Positions 30,263 through 46,212 of a DNA stretch of 64,000 nucleotides are shown here, in pieces; position 1 is the first letter of the stretch; every line of letters begins with the position of its first letter. The position numbers and the translations under genes are program-made. The notes beneath the pieces were generated by a model. The model had not been told where the DNA came from. It worked only from the letters and a program-made list of their open reading frames with translations, and searched no databases. Origin of the DNA: the human T2T-CHM13v2.0 reference genome, Homo sapiens. The stretch lies in the NCBI RefSeq assembly GCF_009914755.1, contig NC_060935.1; one strand, given 5' to 3'.

Positions 30263-30672
30263 TGTATCAGTTCATTCTTGCATTGCTATAAAGAAATACC
30301 TGAGACTGGGTAATTTATAAAGAAAAGAGGTTTAACTGACCCACGTTTCCACAGGCTGTACAGAAGTATGGCTGGGGAAGCCTCAGGAAACTTACAATCA
30401 TGGCAGAAGGTGCAGGGGAAGCAGTCATGTCTTACAAGGCTGGAGCAGGAGTAAGAGGGAGGATGGAGGGAGGTGCTACACACTTTTAAACAACCAGATT
30501 TCATGATAGCTCACTCATTATCATGAGGACAGCACCCAGGGGGATGGTGTTAAACCATACATGAAGGATCCACCCCCATGATCCAATCACCTCCCAATAG
30601 GCCCCACCTCCAACACTGGGGAATACAATTCAACATGAGATTTGGGTGGGGACACAGATCCAAACCATATCA
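30263..30672 (-). mobile_element. MSTA MaLR solo LTR
   Basis: TG...CA termini; perfect 5-bp TSD gcaaa. Confidence 0.9.
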
Positions 30673-31051
30673 GCAAATATTGCTGCAGTATGTCCTAAAA
30701 GATAAGGGGGATGAAAACTTTAGGAAACCCTCTGAGGAAGAGAATCAGTTGATTATTATATGTTTCCTAGAGAAAATCAAAAGCTTGTCTACAGTGTTAT
30801 TTAGAAAGCTAACTGTTCTTATTTTGAGCATTGAACCTTATACTTTTAGAGAAAATTGTACTGATTAATATGTTAGTAACTACTTAATTGTCTGCAGTAA
30901 TAATATTACATTGGGTACAACTAAAAGCTTCATCCAGAAGATTCTATTTTAGGGCATTGAGAATCAGATAATTATTTGTGAGTGTGTATGATATGTCCTT
31001 ATGGTAATCACCACTTTCTTTCTCCCACCCCAACTGTCTTTTCTCCTTTAG

Positions 31052-31308
31052 GTGAAATCCCAATTGTTCCACTTAATTTTGTCATGATATCCCTGGAGGG
31101 TCCATTTAACAGAGATGTAGTGGAAGGATGTGTGAAGGAGACGTTGCTTTTTTTATCGCGTTCCATTTCCATGAAACAAAATGTGGAGTTTACATTCAAA
31201 GGAATTGGGGTCCTCATGATCAGAGACAGCAAAGTGAAGATGAGGTTTTATAAAGACTTCCTTTGTACCATGGATGGAAGTGGGGCTTTGGCAAAGGCCC
31301 TAGCAAAT
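31052..31308 (+). CDS. CCDC81: CCDC81 exon 4 (GEIPIVPLNF...LAKALAN), second HU-like domain
   Basis: acceptor ctttag|GT, donor AAT|gtaaat; 257 nt; inside ORF 30982..31317. Confidence 0.95.
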
Positions 31309-31544
31309 GTAAATTAATATTTTCCTTCTCCTAAGTCTTCTCCTAATTGTGGTTCTGACTCATCTATAGGTGTGTTGTAATTAAGAAAAACGAAGGTTGA
31401 CATATTTTGAGTGACAGTTACCTGAAGTACATGGAAGTGCTTGTTTATACTTGATTAACTCTTTGACAAAAAAGATCAGGAAGGCAAAGGAACATTAAGA
31501 GTCAAAGTCAATTGAGGGATATAAATAGTAACGGAAACTCTTAG

Positions 31545-31880
<336 letters not shown>

Positions 31881-33059
31881 TAAAAACTTCTTCCACATGT
31901 ATTATTTCATTTGAGCCTCAAAATAGTATACAAGCAGCATTATTATCATCCTAATTTTACAATTGAGAAAAGTAGGGGCTCAGAGAGGCTATGTGGGAAT
32001 CCCAAGGTGAACTAGAACTGGAATTCAAGCCCAGACTTCCTAACCACTTGGTTTTTGCTGGTTCTACTATTTTATTTTTTAATGTTGGTTCTACTATTTT
32101 ATTTTAATGAAAGTTCTATAACAAAATCTAATTTGAGTCATGGAGTTTTTGAATCTTTAGCTTTTAATTTGCCATGTTGTAGAAGAAATTTCCTAATTGG
32201 CATCATTATTGTCAACCATTAAGTAGCTGGTGTGACCTTCATGCTAAGTTGGATACAGCAGAGTTTAAACAAATGAAATAGTCAATCTACCAGACTTACT
32301 GAATACTTAGTGTGCCTCAGGTACTCCTCTGGAAACTAACAAAGTAGACATGAATGAATTGAATTATTATGGAATGTTATATAATCCTATATCCCATAAA
32401 GCCAAACTCTGATTTTTTTAATGAAAAGGCTATTAATATCATCTCAGTCTACCCATTTCTCCTTTTATGAAGCTTTGGGATGGGGATTTAGGAAATGAAG
32501 TTGTGCATAATGAAACTCCTGGTGTTTTCTACACAATCTGGTTTCATACAGGATTGCTAAGAGGATTGCCAACCCTGTGTGTGGAAAGTGGGAAACACAT
32601 GCAGGAAAAACCCTTGCTTTTCCATGAAAACACAAGGCAAGATTTGCAAGTCCATAAGCAAGGCCAAAGTGGCTAGCTCATCTCTAACCCTCAGGGATTC
32701 TGCTGAACTTTGTAGCTTCAATACGTGTTTAAAAGAGAAGACAGCATTTTCCTTGACCTGCTGAACTGTAAAGCACATCTTTTACAGAACGTTTTCCAAA
32801 AGAACTAGTCCTGAAAAATACTCTATGAAAAAAGGGTTTGGAGGTCAAAGCTGACTGAAAACTGCTGATCGAATCAGTCACCCTCATGGACAGAGGGACA
32901 GAGCACATCAGCATGTTAAAGGAGCTGAGAAGTCTGGCTGGAAAGCAGTCAGTTTAACTGCCTGAATGTATTTAATCATGGAATTGTAGGTTAATCCAAT
33001 ATCTCATTAGCTCTGTAAGACACATTTTGGAAAACTGCTGTGAAGTGGTGTGAGTGAGA

Positions 33060-33720
33060 GTTTATTCCCAAATGACCCGTAACTTAAAACTGTCTTGTAG
33101 GGTAGTCCCCTTGGAAAGCTGTGTGCTTATTTCAGTAATGCTGCTTTTATTAGAAATATTTTCTATACTTCTTTTTGGGAATTCACTTCAAAGGCTTTTG
33201 TAAGTGATAGCATTCATGCAAAAATAATAATTTTATATATTATTCTACAGTTAAAATGTGACAATGTGACTATTATGTTTACAGTTACATGAGAATTAAA
33301 ATAGTCATTTGTTCAGTATTTACTATGTGCTAGCTACTTACATAGAGGACCTCATGGAAGTGCTATTAGATCCTTTTATTATCCCCAGAAACCTAGTGCC
33401 TAAGGCCACATGCCTGTTAGCAGTGTGGGGATTTGAACATGAGCCCACCTGACTCGAAAGCTTTTCTCTTAATTGCCTAATTTTAGTTATTTGGGTCAAG
33501 AGTGGAATTAGACAGCTTGCTCACTTTCCAGATATTTTTACAAAGTCTGCTATCTTCTTAAAGACATCTAAAAGAATCTGTCAACTCTGAAGGCAATTCC
33601 CTAAAAGGAAATGGTTTGAGAAAAGGCAACACCGAAAGAATTGCTGTGCAGCTACCCAGGGTGATTGCTCTGATGAATGAGATCATTCCTCATTGGATTT
33701 TTAAGCTCTGGACTTATAAG
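33060..33720. mobile_element. Mariner-derived MARNA-like element with an internal MIR
   Basis: tagtccccttggaaagct...ggaattcacttcaaag and the inverted ctgaaggcaattcc...cccagggtgattgct. Confidence 0.55.
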
Positions 33721-33844
33721 CGCTTAACATAAACAACAACAAGAAAAGTATCGTGGTAGCCTTGCCTATGAGCCTGCAGTTTTTAATTTGTCTGAGTCCT
33801 GGACCTCAGCCTAGATGTAACCTTGCTCTGTTGCTGTCCTCTAG

Positions 33845-33924
33845 AGGCCTGGCACTGTGGACTCGGTGTTGTCTAGCAGAGAGGCCTTGAGGAAGTGGCC
33901 CAGCAGTGTGCTTGCGTTTCCAAG
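33845..33924 (+). CDS. CCDC81: CCDC81 exon 5 (RPGTVDSVLSSREALRKWPSSVLAFP)
   Basis: acceptor ctctag|AGG, donor AAG|gtgagt; 80 nt. Confidence 0.94.
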
Positions 33925-34128
33925 GTGAGTGCTTTGCTTCACGGGTTCCTCTAGGCACTAGCACTCCTTGCTGATCTGCTGATCTCATTGGGCAGTGTTT
34001 CTCAATGTTTTGTAGCTCATGTTCCTTTTAATGTATTCTGTCTGTCTCTCCCTCTCTAAATCCACCAACAAAGAAGAGTTTATTGCATACACTTTCTGTA
34101 GTTAAGTTAAATAACAATGGACATTTAT

Positions 34129-34433
34129 TCTTTTTTATCCCCCCTCACCGCGACGGAGTCTTGCTCTGTCACCCAGGCTGGAGTGCAGTGGCACGATCTC
34201 TGCTCACTGCAACCTCGGTCTCCTGGGTTCAAGCAATTCTCTCCTGCCTCAGCCTTTGGAGTAGCTGAGATTACAGGCGCACGCCACCATGCCTGGCTAA
34301 TTTTTGTACTTTTAGTAGAGATGAGGTTTCACCATATAGGCCAGGCTGGTCTCGAACTCCTGGTCTCAAGTGATCCATCCGCCTCGGCCTCCCAAAGTGC
34401 TGAAATTACAGGCGTGAGCCACCAGGCCTGGCC
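34129..34433 (-). mobile_element. AluS with degenerate tail
   Basis: antisense Alu; TSD-like cattta(t/c)tctttttt on both sides. Confidence 0.9.
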
Positions 34434-36131
34434 CATTTACTCTTTTTTAAAACTACCCTTGGCTCCTGGAAATTCTGATACTACCTTCCATTAACCTTAG
34501 TCCCTGCAGTATTAGTAAAACTCTTCTCACCTGCTGAACTTTCCACTACTTTGTACCACTTCTTCTGCCCTAGCTGCTGCTTCTTCCTTCAGTTCAGCCC
34601 ATTTCCTGTCCTTGCTCGGATTTTTACCACTAAACGGGTTAAACAGATAAGTTAGAATAAGGAAACAGCTTTACTCCATGAGCACAGTGGTTGTTACTGG
34701 TGGTTGCATATTACTGTATTTAATCTTCACGACAACCATGTGACTTATGTATTATAATTCTCCATTTTATCATGATACAAAATTAATTTTAATTTTTTTC
34801 TTTTACATGAATGAAGCAACATGGTGCACTATTGAGAACACTGGAGTAGGAGTCAGGAGACTTTAGTTTTATTTCCAGTTTGGCCATCACTTATTCATTG
34901 TGTGCCCTTAATTATGTTAATAATCTTAATTGCTGTGCCATTAACCACTGTGCATTTCAGGTGGAGGAAGTTTGGGGAATAACAACTAGCTTCCTAAAGC
35001 ATTATTACTTTAGGAAGTATGAGTAAAGTATAAAAGTATGAGAATTTCTGAGATGTTTTGAGTGTGACATTCTCTTGTTTGTTGCTTTGGAACAACCCCC
35101 TCCTGGAAGAGCTGTATGACACATACCTCAGAAGATTCAGTGTGAAGTCCAGAGTAAGCCTTAGAGGTTGTTTTCCAACCGCCTCATCTTGCACACGAAA
35201 TGGCCATGCAACTAATAAGCAGCCAAGCTTATAGAAATAAAACCATGGCTCCTGGTCCAGTGTTCTTTCCATTGCACCATATTGCCTTACTCACTAAAAA
35301 TAAATCAGTGGATTGAAAAGAATTTTATTTTGATGGTTTCGGAAGGCAAACATGGCTGTTCCCTTTGACATATTTTGGCTTAGGCACTACAGGAGGGAAA
35401 TAATTATAGTGGGTCAAAGAACAGAGATGGAGTCTCCATCAAGTCAAGGGCCTAGAAATGGACATGGGGACTTAAATACTCAAAACAATTGTTGGTGTTT
35501 TATTTATGTGACATTTGGCCCCTGAATTGACTGAAGGTACCCCCACCCCCACTCCCTACTCCAACCTAGTACTCCATACCTGAGGCCAAAGAAATCCTAC
35601 AACTACACACACCAACTGAACATCCCCCTTCCTCCCTGCTGCAAATTGTAGCTTTGCAAGTCCTTCACTTTTGCCTGGGGAGAGAATGATGAAGTGAAGT
35701 GGCAAAGGAGGGAGGAGACAAATGGTTATTTTGGGGCATACTCTACCAGGCTATGAATCTTTGCCTTCAAGCTATCCAACAACCTTTTTTCCACTGTATC
35801 ACCCCATAGCATCTAGTTAAAGAAGTAGGATATAAAAATTCAAATTGAAACAAAAACCAATAACCTAAATAAAGGACTTTAAGGCAATTTCTCTATATGC
35901 AAGCTGCTTTGAGACTATGGTATAGAGGGAAAGGCCTTGGTCGGCTTCCAGAAAGCCTTGGAGAAAATTAATCTATGATATGTACTTAGCACATCAGAGC
36001 ACTCACCCCTTGAAGAAAGTGGGCTTATTTCAGAATCAGCCAGCTGGCTGGGTTGCTTCCAAAACTTGAGAGTTCACACAGTTACCTGTTCAGGTTCAGT
36101 GCAGCAGAAAAACATATTGGCTCATTCCTAG

Positions 36132-36253
36132 GATTGAGCTCAAGGAGATGGAAAACAAACTGCCTATGGAGACCCTTGTAGAAGAATGTGGAGAGAATAG
36201 AGAAAGGAAGTGCAAGTTAAAAGACCAGTCAGACAAAGAAGAAGGCACCAGAG
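36132..36253 (+). CDS. CCDC81: CCDC81 exon 6 (IELKEMENK...EEGTR)
   Basis: acceptor tcctag|G, donor GAG|gtaggc; 122 nt; overlaps ORF 36148..36330. Confidence 0.94.
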
Positions 36254-36370
36254 GTAGGCCAATGATTTCTGGGTCCAATCTGTCACTCTTTACTGCTATG
36301 AGCCCAGCCATATTGCTTAGCCCAAGGTAAATAAAGTTAAATTTACAAATAATCACTATATTATTATTAC

Positions 36371-36645
<275 letters not shown>

Positions 36646-36944
36646 ACAAATAATCACTATATTATTTCTAACAAATACGTTCTATTCCTAGAATCCTGCA
36701 TTTGACCTTAATTATGAGCTTACTTACTTTATGAGCCTTAGATCCTATGACTCTCAGGCTCTTAGATCATCATCTCTTTGCTGGCTCCCCATTGCTCAAA
36801 GGGGCCAAAACTCAGATGACTGCAGGCAGGTAACGCAAATGCAGGAAGTGGTCTGGATGTAAGTGGGTTGGAGACATGTTAGCTTAGTTAACATTTCTAA
36901 TGAAAAACAAAGAGTGGCAGTTTTATCACTTTGATGTCTGTAGA

Positions 36945-37460
36945 AGAAAGCTGGATTCTCATACCTATGTCTGCATCTAATCTGTTGTGATAGGTTGTTT
37001 TGGTGGAAGCAAATGAAGAAAATCCTAGGACTCCAAAGATTTTTTTTTTTTTTAACCAAAGACTTTTTATTTTCTTTTTGAGATGGAGTCTCGCTCTGTC
37101 ACTCAGGCTGGAGTTCAGTGGCACAATCTGGGCTCACTGCAACCTCCGCCTCCTGGGTTCAGGTGATTCTCCTGCGTCCAAGCTATTCTCCTGCATCAGC
37201 CTCCCTGGAAGTAGCTGGGACTACAGGCGCGCACCACCACGCCCAGCTAATTTTTGTATTTTTAGTAGAGATGGGGTTTCACCGTATTGGCCAGGCTGGT
37301 CTCAAACTCCTGACTTCAGGTGATCCGCCTGCCTTGGCCTCCCAGAGTGCTACAATTACAGGTGGGAGCCACCACACGCAGCCACAGACATTTTGAAAGG
37401 GTCCTAGGGACCCCAAAAAGTATGGCTTGCCAGGCCACACTTTGAGGACTGTTCCTCTAG
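36945..37460. mobile_element. Charlie-type hAT fragment interrupted by an Alu
   Basis: gctggattctcatacctatgtctgcatctaatctgttg ... ccacactttgagg terminus. Confidence 0.5.
37066..37384 (-). mobile_element. AluSx with small internal duplication
   Basis: antisense Alu; attctcctgc repeated. Confidence 0.9.
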
Positions 37461-37837
37461 CAGATTGTTGCTTTGCGGAAATGTGGCCCAAGTGGTATCA
37501 GATCTTCTAATTTTTCTAATTTTACTATATGTGCTACTAAAGTGAGCACAATCTTCTGATTTTTCAAAAGAAGCAGAGATCCTGACTTTAATGTAAAATC
37601 TATTGGCTGTTAAATGTTGACGACTTTTGTTGATATTGAAACAAAAAATGCTAATTAGGCCAAACAAAACATACCAATGGGTGAACATTGGCTTGTGCAT
37701 GTCTGTTTTCTACGTGTGGCCTACAGGATTGCATATCAACTTTTAGCCTAATATTCATATGCTTTTATTTCTCTAGTCTCATCTCCCACTGTGCCCTATA
37801 GAGACCCCTTTTTTGGGAAAAATTATCTATTCATGTT

Positions 37838-38125
37838 CTTCTTTTTCTTTGAGGTGGGGTCTTGCTCTGTCACCCAGGGTGGAGTGCACTGTCTTGGCTC
37901 ACTGCAGCCTCAACCTCTTGGGCTCAGGTGATCCTCCCACCTCAGCCTCCTGAGTAGCTAGGACCACAGGTGTGCGCCACCATGCCTGGCTAATTTTTGT
38001 ACTTTTTGTAGAAACAGGGTTTTGCCATGTCGCCTAGGCTGGTTTTGAACTCCTGAGCTCAAACGATCTGCCCACCTTGGCCTCCCAAAGTGTTGGGATT
38101 ACAGGCGTGAGCCACTATGCTTGGC
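37838..38125 (-). mobile_element. AluJ
   Basis: antisense Alu; TSD tattcatg(t/c)tcttct. Confidence 0.9.
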
Positions 38126-38351
38126 CTATTCATGCTCTTCTAACATGCCTGCCCTTCCCCAACTTCATCCTTTTGTTCATTTTTTTTTTCCTGCAGCCTG
38201 AATTGTCCTTCCTTTTCTTTCAATCTATCTCCATCCTACTCACCTTTTAGTACCCTTTTCACATCTCACTTTCTCCATGAAAACTTATCACTGAATTCTG
38301 AAGTGGCTTCTCTCCTCTGAACATATCAGATCCTTAAAGACTACAACATTT

Positions 38352-38700
<349 letters not shown>

Positions 38701-39187
38701 TCACTGTCCTAAGTTGTTATTTATTAAATGTATATTATAAAGCACTTAGCACTGTTAGCACATAAGATGACCTCCAAATGGGAGCTCTCACTTTTTTGTT
38801 TGTATCTTATTTTTCTCTTCAACTATATCTATCGAAAGATCTTTACAGGCAAAATGTCTAAATCTACAGATATCAAAGTTGTAAAACTACCACTGTTCAT
38901 TTTTCATGAGAAATGTTAACTAAACTAACATGTCTCCTGGTCATGTTATATCCAGCCCACTTCCTGCATTTATGTTATTGCCTCTTTTTGTCCTCTAAAT
39001 GCTTAGCACAGTGCTTTCTTTGCGAATATACAGCAAAAACATTTTTTTATACCACAATAGAATAAGGGGTGATTATTTAAAGATAAGAGAGTGTATCTTA
39101 TATGAAAATTTCCCTTGGTAAAAACTACACAGTTAGTGGTTTGAGAGTTGAAAGGAGACTCGTTTTCTTTCATTCTTTATTCTACAG

Positions 39188-39311
39188 ATATCTCATCACC
39201 CAAAAGACTTCGAGATAGACAAGCTTTGTTCCCTGCCAAAGTGACAAATGTCAGCTTGCTGGAAAAGTTTGAACGAAGTGAGAGTGGTGGGAAGATTATG
39301 ACCCCTGAAAG
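39188..39311 (+). CDS. CCDC81: CCDC81 exon 7 (DISSPKRLRDRQ...IMTPE)
   Basis: acceptor ctacag|AT, donor AAG|gtaatg; 124 nt. Confidence 0.94.
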
Positions 39312-40364
39312 GTAATGCATTGACTTTTTTTTTTCTGTTGTACTTTACTAAATATATTTTTGAGTCGTTGCTTGATGCGGGGAACTGTAATTGTTCATTA
39401 ATTCATTTATCCAGTGTTCTTTAGAGCTTTCTATATGCAACATGATGGGAATAATAAAGGTGACCAAGGTTCACCATCTAGTGGGAAAGCCAGACATATG
39501 CAGAGGGATAAATTACGATTCAGTGGAATAGATGTTATGACACAGGCGGAAACAAAATAGCACAGAGTTGGGATCATCCAACTTTTTCTGTAGATTTGGG
39601 CTTCCCAAATCTACAAAACTTTCATGTTTTCCGAGTGCTTGCATATTATGATGTGACACAATGTTATATTTACATCAAATTGGAAAGTAGTTTTGCCAAA
39701 CATAGCCAGCACTCCATTAGTTCTCAATAAACATTACTTGAATGAATGAGTGTATTACAATTTATCATGGTCGTTTTCTTCTTGTGATGGTATGTCAAAA
39801 GATTTCTAAAATATTTTATCCTTCTCTCTGAGTAGGATACTTTTTAAGACCTCAAATCAGTCAACCATACTCAACCATGCTCATTCATTGTTTACTGAGC
39901 ACCTAACTATGTACTTTGCATTGTGCTGCCAACCTTTAATTTATTAATGTGTCAAAATTTATCAGCTATCATATGTGCAATTTATGTACTTTGTGGATTA
40001 CTAAAGTCATGTTAAAAACTCTAGGAATGCTTGTTTTGGATAATATCACTGTTATGAAAGATAATTGAGAATTAGATGTATAGTACTTGGGAATTTAATT
40101 CAATACAACAAATATTGAGCACCACCATGTGCCAGGTAATATTCTAGGCACTGAAGATTCAGAGTTACAGATGTATAAACCTGCTTTTATAAAACTTACA
40201 GTCTTGCAGGAAGACTGAAATTAAAAAAAAAATGCATGCGACGAAGACAACAAAAGTACAGAGGCTGCAAAAGGACAGAGTAATTGTTGGAAGTGGTTGG
40301 TAAAGGTTTCCTATAGAAGTTGACTCAAAAATGTTTGTTTCCTGTAGAAGTTAACCAAAAAATA

Positions 40365-40698
<334 letters not shown>

Positions 40699-41343
40699 TT
40701 ACTAAAACAACACGTTTATCATAGAAATTTTGAGAAAACCAAAAAAGCAAGAGTTATAAAAAATCACCCATAATCCCTCTACATAGAGGAAACTTTATAT
40801 TAACCTTATGATGTATGTCGTTTATTTCAATGCATATACAATATATACAGATACTTACACTTGGAATATACACAGTTTTTAAATAAAATTGAGATATTAT
40901 ATGGATTTTTGTTACATTTAATAAGTGGTGATTTCCCCATGACATTAAATATTCTAAAACCTTAACAAATAATTGCACATCATCTTAATGAAAGGTTAAA
41001 CCTTTTGTTTAACCAATCTCCTATTGGATATTTAGATGGCTTCCAGTTTTTAAGTACTATAAATAATGTGAAAATATAATTAAACATAATTCCTTGCATA
41101 CAACTGGATATTCCATAGGATAAAAACTTTAAAGTTAAATTTCAGAGATAAGAGGTGAGTCCATTTTCATGCCTTTGATACACATTTCCAATTATCTTCT
41201 TCATGGTTGTAGCAAATTATCCTCTCAGCAACAGTAATATGAGAGAGTGCTATATTTTCTACAGCTTTGCTAATACCATAGCAAAGTGAAATGATGGTAT
41301 TTCATTATTGTTTTTAACCTATGTTTGTTTGATTTCTAGTGGG

Positions 41344-41664
41344 TTTTTTTGTTTTGTTTTGTTTTTGAGATAGCATCTCACTCTGTCACCAAGGCTAAAG
41401 AACAGTGGCATGATCATGGCTCACTGCAGCCTCAACCTGCTGGGCTCAAGTGATTTTCCTGCCTCAGACCCCGAGTAGCTGGGACTATAGGTGTGCACCA
41501 CCACACACCAGCTAATTTTTTGATTTTTTTTTTTTTTTTTTTTTTGTAGAGATGGGGTCTTAGTATGTTGTGTAGGCTGGTCTAGAACTCCTGGCCTCAA
41601 GCAATCCTCCCACTTCGGTCTCTCAAAGTGCTGGGATTACAGGCATGAGCCACCACACCTGGCC
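41344..41664 (-). mobile_element. AluJ within an old antisense L1M relic (~40690-41930)
   Basis: antisense Alu, J-type. Confidence 0.88.
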
Positions 41665-42799
41665 TGCATTTATTTTTATCTTGTTTCTTGGCCATTTGTA
41701 GTTCTTTTACAGTTTTCCTGCTTGAATCCTGTGTCCTTTTTTAACTGGGAGCTTTACTTTTTCTTAAAAAAAAGTTGTATTTTTATAAAGAGAACTTCAT
41801 ATATCATAAGTATGAATAGTTTTCTGATGTATATGTTTTAAACATTTTCCCAATTCTTTTTTTTCTTTTTAATTTTGTTTCTGCACCATTTAGTGCACAG
41901 AAGTTTAAAATATATCTTTTCTGATTTACCAACCTGTCCAAGTCCCCAAACACCATGTTTGGGAATGTCAGTCCATGATTACATTTTCATTTTGAAAAAA
42001 ATATTCTTTTAGAAGAGTAAAGAATGATTTAGAGGGATAAGATTAGCAGCAGAGGAAGAGGTGTAATAAAATGGAAAAGTGTAGCACAATTTAGCAGATC
42101 AAGGCAGTAGTCTAGGCAATCTGTTTCCAACAAATGACCCTAAGGCCTCAGAGGGCCTTAAGAGCATATCAAAGGCTGAGAGTGAGGTAATATGGGTGGG
42201 ACTCTGGGCTCTATTTCCTCACTTCCACTGGAGGATGTGTGCTGTTTTTCTGTTTTATATTATTGGGATTTGAGTAACATTTGTTTAAACTAAGAAGGAT
42301 AGGACTTTCATTGTTTAACAGTTGAGTATAACTCGTTTGGGGAAAGGTAATAAGGGTATGAAACAAAGATCAGATGGAAAGCTTTAGCTTTGTTGGGGAT
42401 TAGTTAAGGGAGGTTAAGAAGGAGATGTCAAAGATGACCCCAGATTTTGGCTTAGGTAACTGGGAGAAGATGGCACCATTATTCAAAATAGGGACTACTA
42501 TAGGAAGTGCAAATTTGGCTGGTGCTGAAGGGCATGTAGTGGTTAGTGAGTCTGTAAAATTTTCACTCCGAGTTAGAGGATTAAAAAAAATACAAATGAA
42601 TCCTCTTGGATCATAAGAAACCAGATTGAGACATATTTCTTATTACTTCCTCATGTCAGTTGCATCTGACAGGTTATTTAAATCAAACCTTTAGGGAATC
42701 AGCATTCGCCCCACCCCAGATTTTGAGGCCTAAGAGAAGTTATTAAAAAATAAAGTGTTCTGCTTATAGCAATATGGTGGTCTAAATAATCTGAAAAGG

Positions 42800-42986
42800 T
42801 CCTCTACTGAGAGCCAAATCTAGTCCACCATATATTTTTATAAACAGTTTCACCGAAACACTGCTATGCCCATCCATTTGCATATTATCTGTACCTGCTA
42901 GTTGTGTCAGGGACTGTATGGCCCTCAAAGCCTAAAACATTCACTCTCTGGCTGTTTTCATAAAAAGTTTTGCAACCCCTGCTCTA
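42800..42986. mobile_element. MER58-like hAT element
   Basis: gactgtatggccctcaaagcctaaaacattcactctctggc...tttgcaacccctg. Confidence 0.7.
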
Positions 42987-44237
42987 AAGGATCTTATTTT
43001 CATCTCAGGCTCCTGACTTCTGACAGATGGAGTTGGGCTAAAAATGAAGTCAGAATCCAAAATTACAAAGACCACATGGAAATAAGCTGCCACATAATGA
43101 GAGCCATCAGAAACAAAAGATGGAAGAATTGAGCTCTCAAGGATTGTGGATCCTGAATATTATAAAATACAGAATATAGAATAAGATGTTTAAAATCTTT
43201 ACATAAATTAAAAGAATGGAGAGTATGAACAAGGTATAAGAAATTAGAAAACATGACCAGTGTGGTCAGAGTCGAGCATTTGCATTTTGGAATTGCAGTA
43301 AGGGAGTGTAGACTTATACAATACTTAATTCATTGGTTATTCAGAAGACACATTTTATTACTTTTTCCAAATGAATAGAGGTTTGTAGTGGGGCGCTTTC
43401 TCATTTTATGCTGTGGTTCATTTAATGTTAGTTATTTGGTACTTTGTAATTTGCTGAACCTTCTTTTCTAGCTTGAGTACTTTTATAGTAATTGTTTTAT
43501 GTATACTTGAAGACATTGTATACTACTATTCCTTAGATGTAAATTTCTAGATATTTAGATATTAGCTAAACCTTGTTAAAATAAGTTGTTAAAAGCTTTT
43601 AAATCCTCACTATTTTTTTCTTTGAGAGAGATATTAAAAATCTTTCACCATGATGGTATATTTTTCAGTAATTACATCAATTTTTGCTTCTTAAGCAATA
43701 TTAAATTCTACATGTCTAGGATTTTTTTTGGTAGATAGTTCCTTTTATCATTATGAAATATTTTCCTTCATCTCTACTAAAATCTTTTGCCTTCATTTCT
43801 GTACTATGTAATTAACAGTGCAACATCTGATTAGTATTTACCTGGAATAGCCTTTTAATGCCATTTTAAGAATTTTTGTGTGTGTTTTATTATTTCATGT
43901 GTGTCTCTACTAAATAGCTTATATTTGGATGTTTTAAAACTCAATCTAGACTTTAATTTCAGTTGTAATTATTGGTATATTTGAACCTATCTTTACTGTC
44001 TTATTTTGTATTTTCTATTTACTGTGCATTTAACTTCATTATTACCCCTTTTCTGTTGGACTGATCTCATTTCTTTAGTATGCTTTGAATTTCCTTTGAC
44101 CATGTTTCTTCAGTATGCTTTCAATTTCCTTCAAACTGTATCCCCTTCCAAACCTGTATTTTTTTTGTCTAGAACTTTTGTTCCAATTTGGTTTTAAGTG
44201 TTAAAACATTTCGTATTATTTTATGGTCAATGATTAA

Positions 44238-44679
<442 letters not shown>

Positions 44680-45035
44680 TAAAATGATTCTTACTGTGTT
44701 GTCGCTCTTGAGTGCTGATTCTTGGTTCACAGTTATTTTCCTTCAGCATTTTAATGATATTGCTCCATTTTCTCCTGACAGTTGTCCTGATGCAACGTCC
44801 GAATCAATCTGGTTGTCATTCTTTCTTGTAGCTTTTAAGAATCTTTCTTATTTCTTGATGTTCTGCATGACTATTCTTAGGAGTCATGATTTTCTGGAAA
44901 ATTCTTATCTGTTATTTTCTAGAATATTGTTCTTTGCCATTTCCTTTATTCTAAAAATTCAGCACTTCTATTAAATGCATGTTTGAGCTTCTGAATCTGT
45001 TCTCTATTTCTCTACTTTTAAATATTTTCATTCTT

Positions 45036-45386
<351 letters not shown>

Positions 45387-45459
45387 CTATCTGTCCTATT
45401 TTCTAATGAATTAATACTAGTATTAATATTAATACTCACCCCTAATTCATCTCCCTCCA

Positions 45460-45842
45460 CCACACTGACCATAGGCACCTTCCACCTGAAGGACTGCACT
45501 GGTTTGTTTGCTTGGAATGTCTTTTCCATCAGATATCTACACTGTTGTTCTCTTACTTCCTTCAGGTATTTACTCCTATGTCACTTCCTTGGTAAGAACT
45601 TCCCTGGCCATTCTCTTTACAGTTTAACACTCCATTCCTCCAGCATTGCAAGGCATTTATCATCATGGAACATACTATAGAGTGCACTTATTTATCTTGT
45701 CACTGGGCTGTCTATCCCCATCAGAATGTTAATTCCATGAGGGCAGGGACTTTTGTATGTGTGTATTTTGTTCTTCATTGCTTCTCCTGTGCTTAGAACA
45801 GTGTACATGGTAAGCACTCAATACATTTCTGTGGAATGAATA
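45460..45842 (+). mobile_element. L2 3' end
   Basis: ccatgagggcagggac ... gtaagcactcaatacatt. Confidence 0.75.
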
Positions 45843-46124
45843 CATTTCATCCCCATTTCACATGACTGGTAACTGGGACTTTGCAAGATTACACAGCTGG
45901 TCTGATGTCAGTCATCTTGCAAGCAAGAAAGCTGGGATTCAAACCCACCTTTATCTGACACAAATTCAGATTCTGTGGTACATATTCTTAACCTCTATAC
46001 ATATAGCTGTTTTGAAGTAAACCACTGAAATATTTTTCTTCATCTTATACTTGCCTCTAAAATTATTATTGCCCTTGAGGTCAGATTGTATTAAACATTA
46101 ATTAATGTTGCATTGTTTTTATAG

Positions 46125-46212
46125 CTTATCATATCCAAGTTGTCTGAAACACGACAGTGAGATGAAGCCCCAAACATCTCCAGCTTGCCAGGATCATAAC
46201 AAGGCAGGACAG
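46125..46212 (+). CDS. CCDC81: CCDC81 exon 8 (SLSYPSCLKHD...CQDHNKAGQ)
   Basis: acceptor ttatag|C, donor CAG|gtacag; 88 nt. Confidence 0.93.

Noticed and set aside
32059-32109. Short tandem duplications (also ~29138-29163, ~40306-40363, ~49688-49730)
   Set aside because: Two-copy slippage duplications are common; no spacer/repeat architecture, not CRISPR-like
36254-36330. Extended exon 6 using AG|gtaaat at 36326/36327
   Set aside because: Adds 73 nt and shifts the frame; no support from sequence alone
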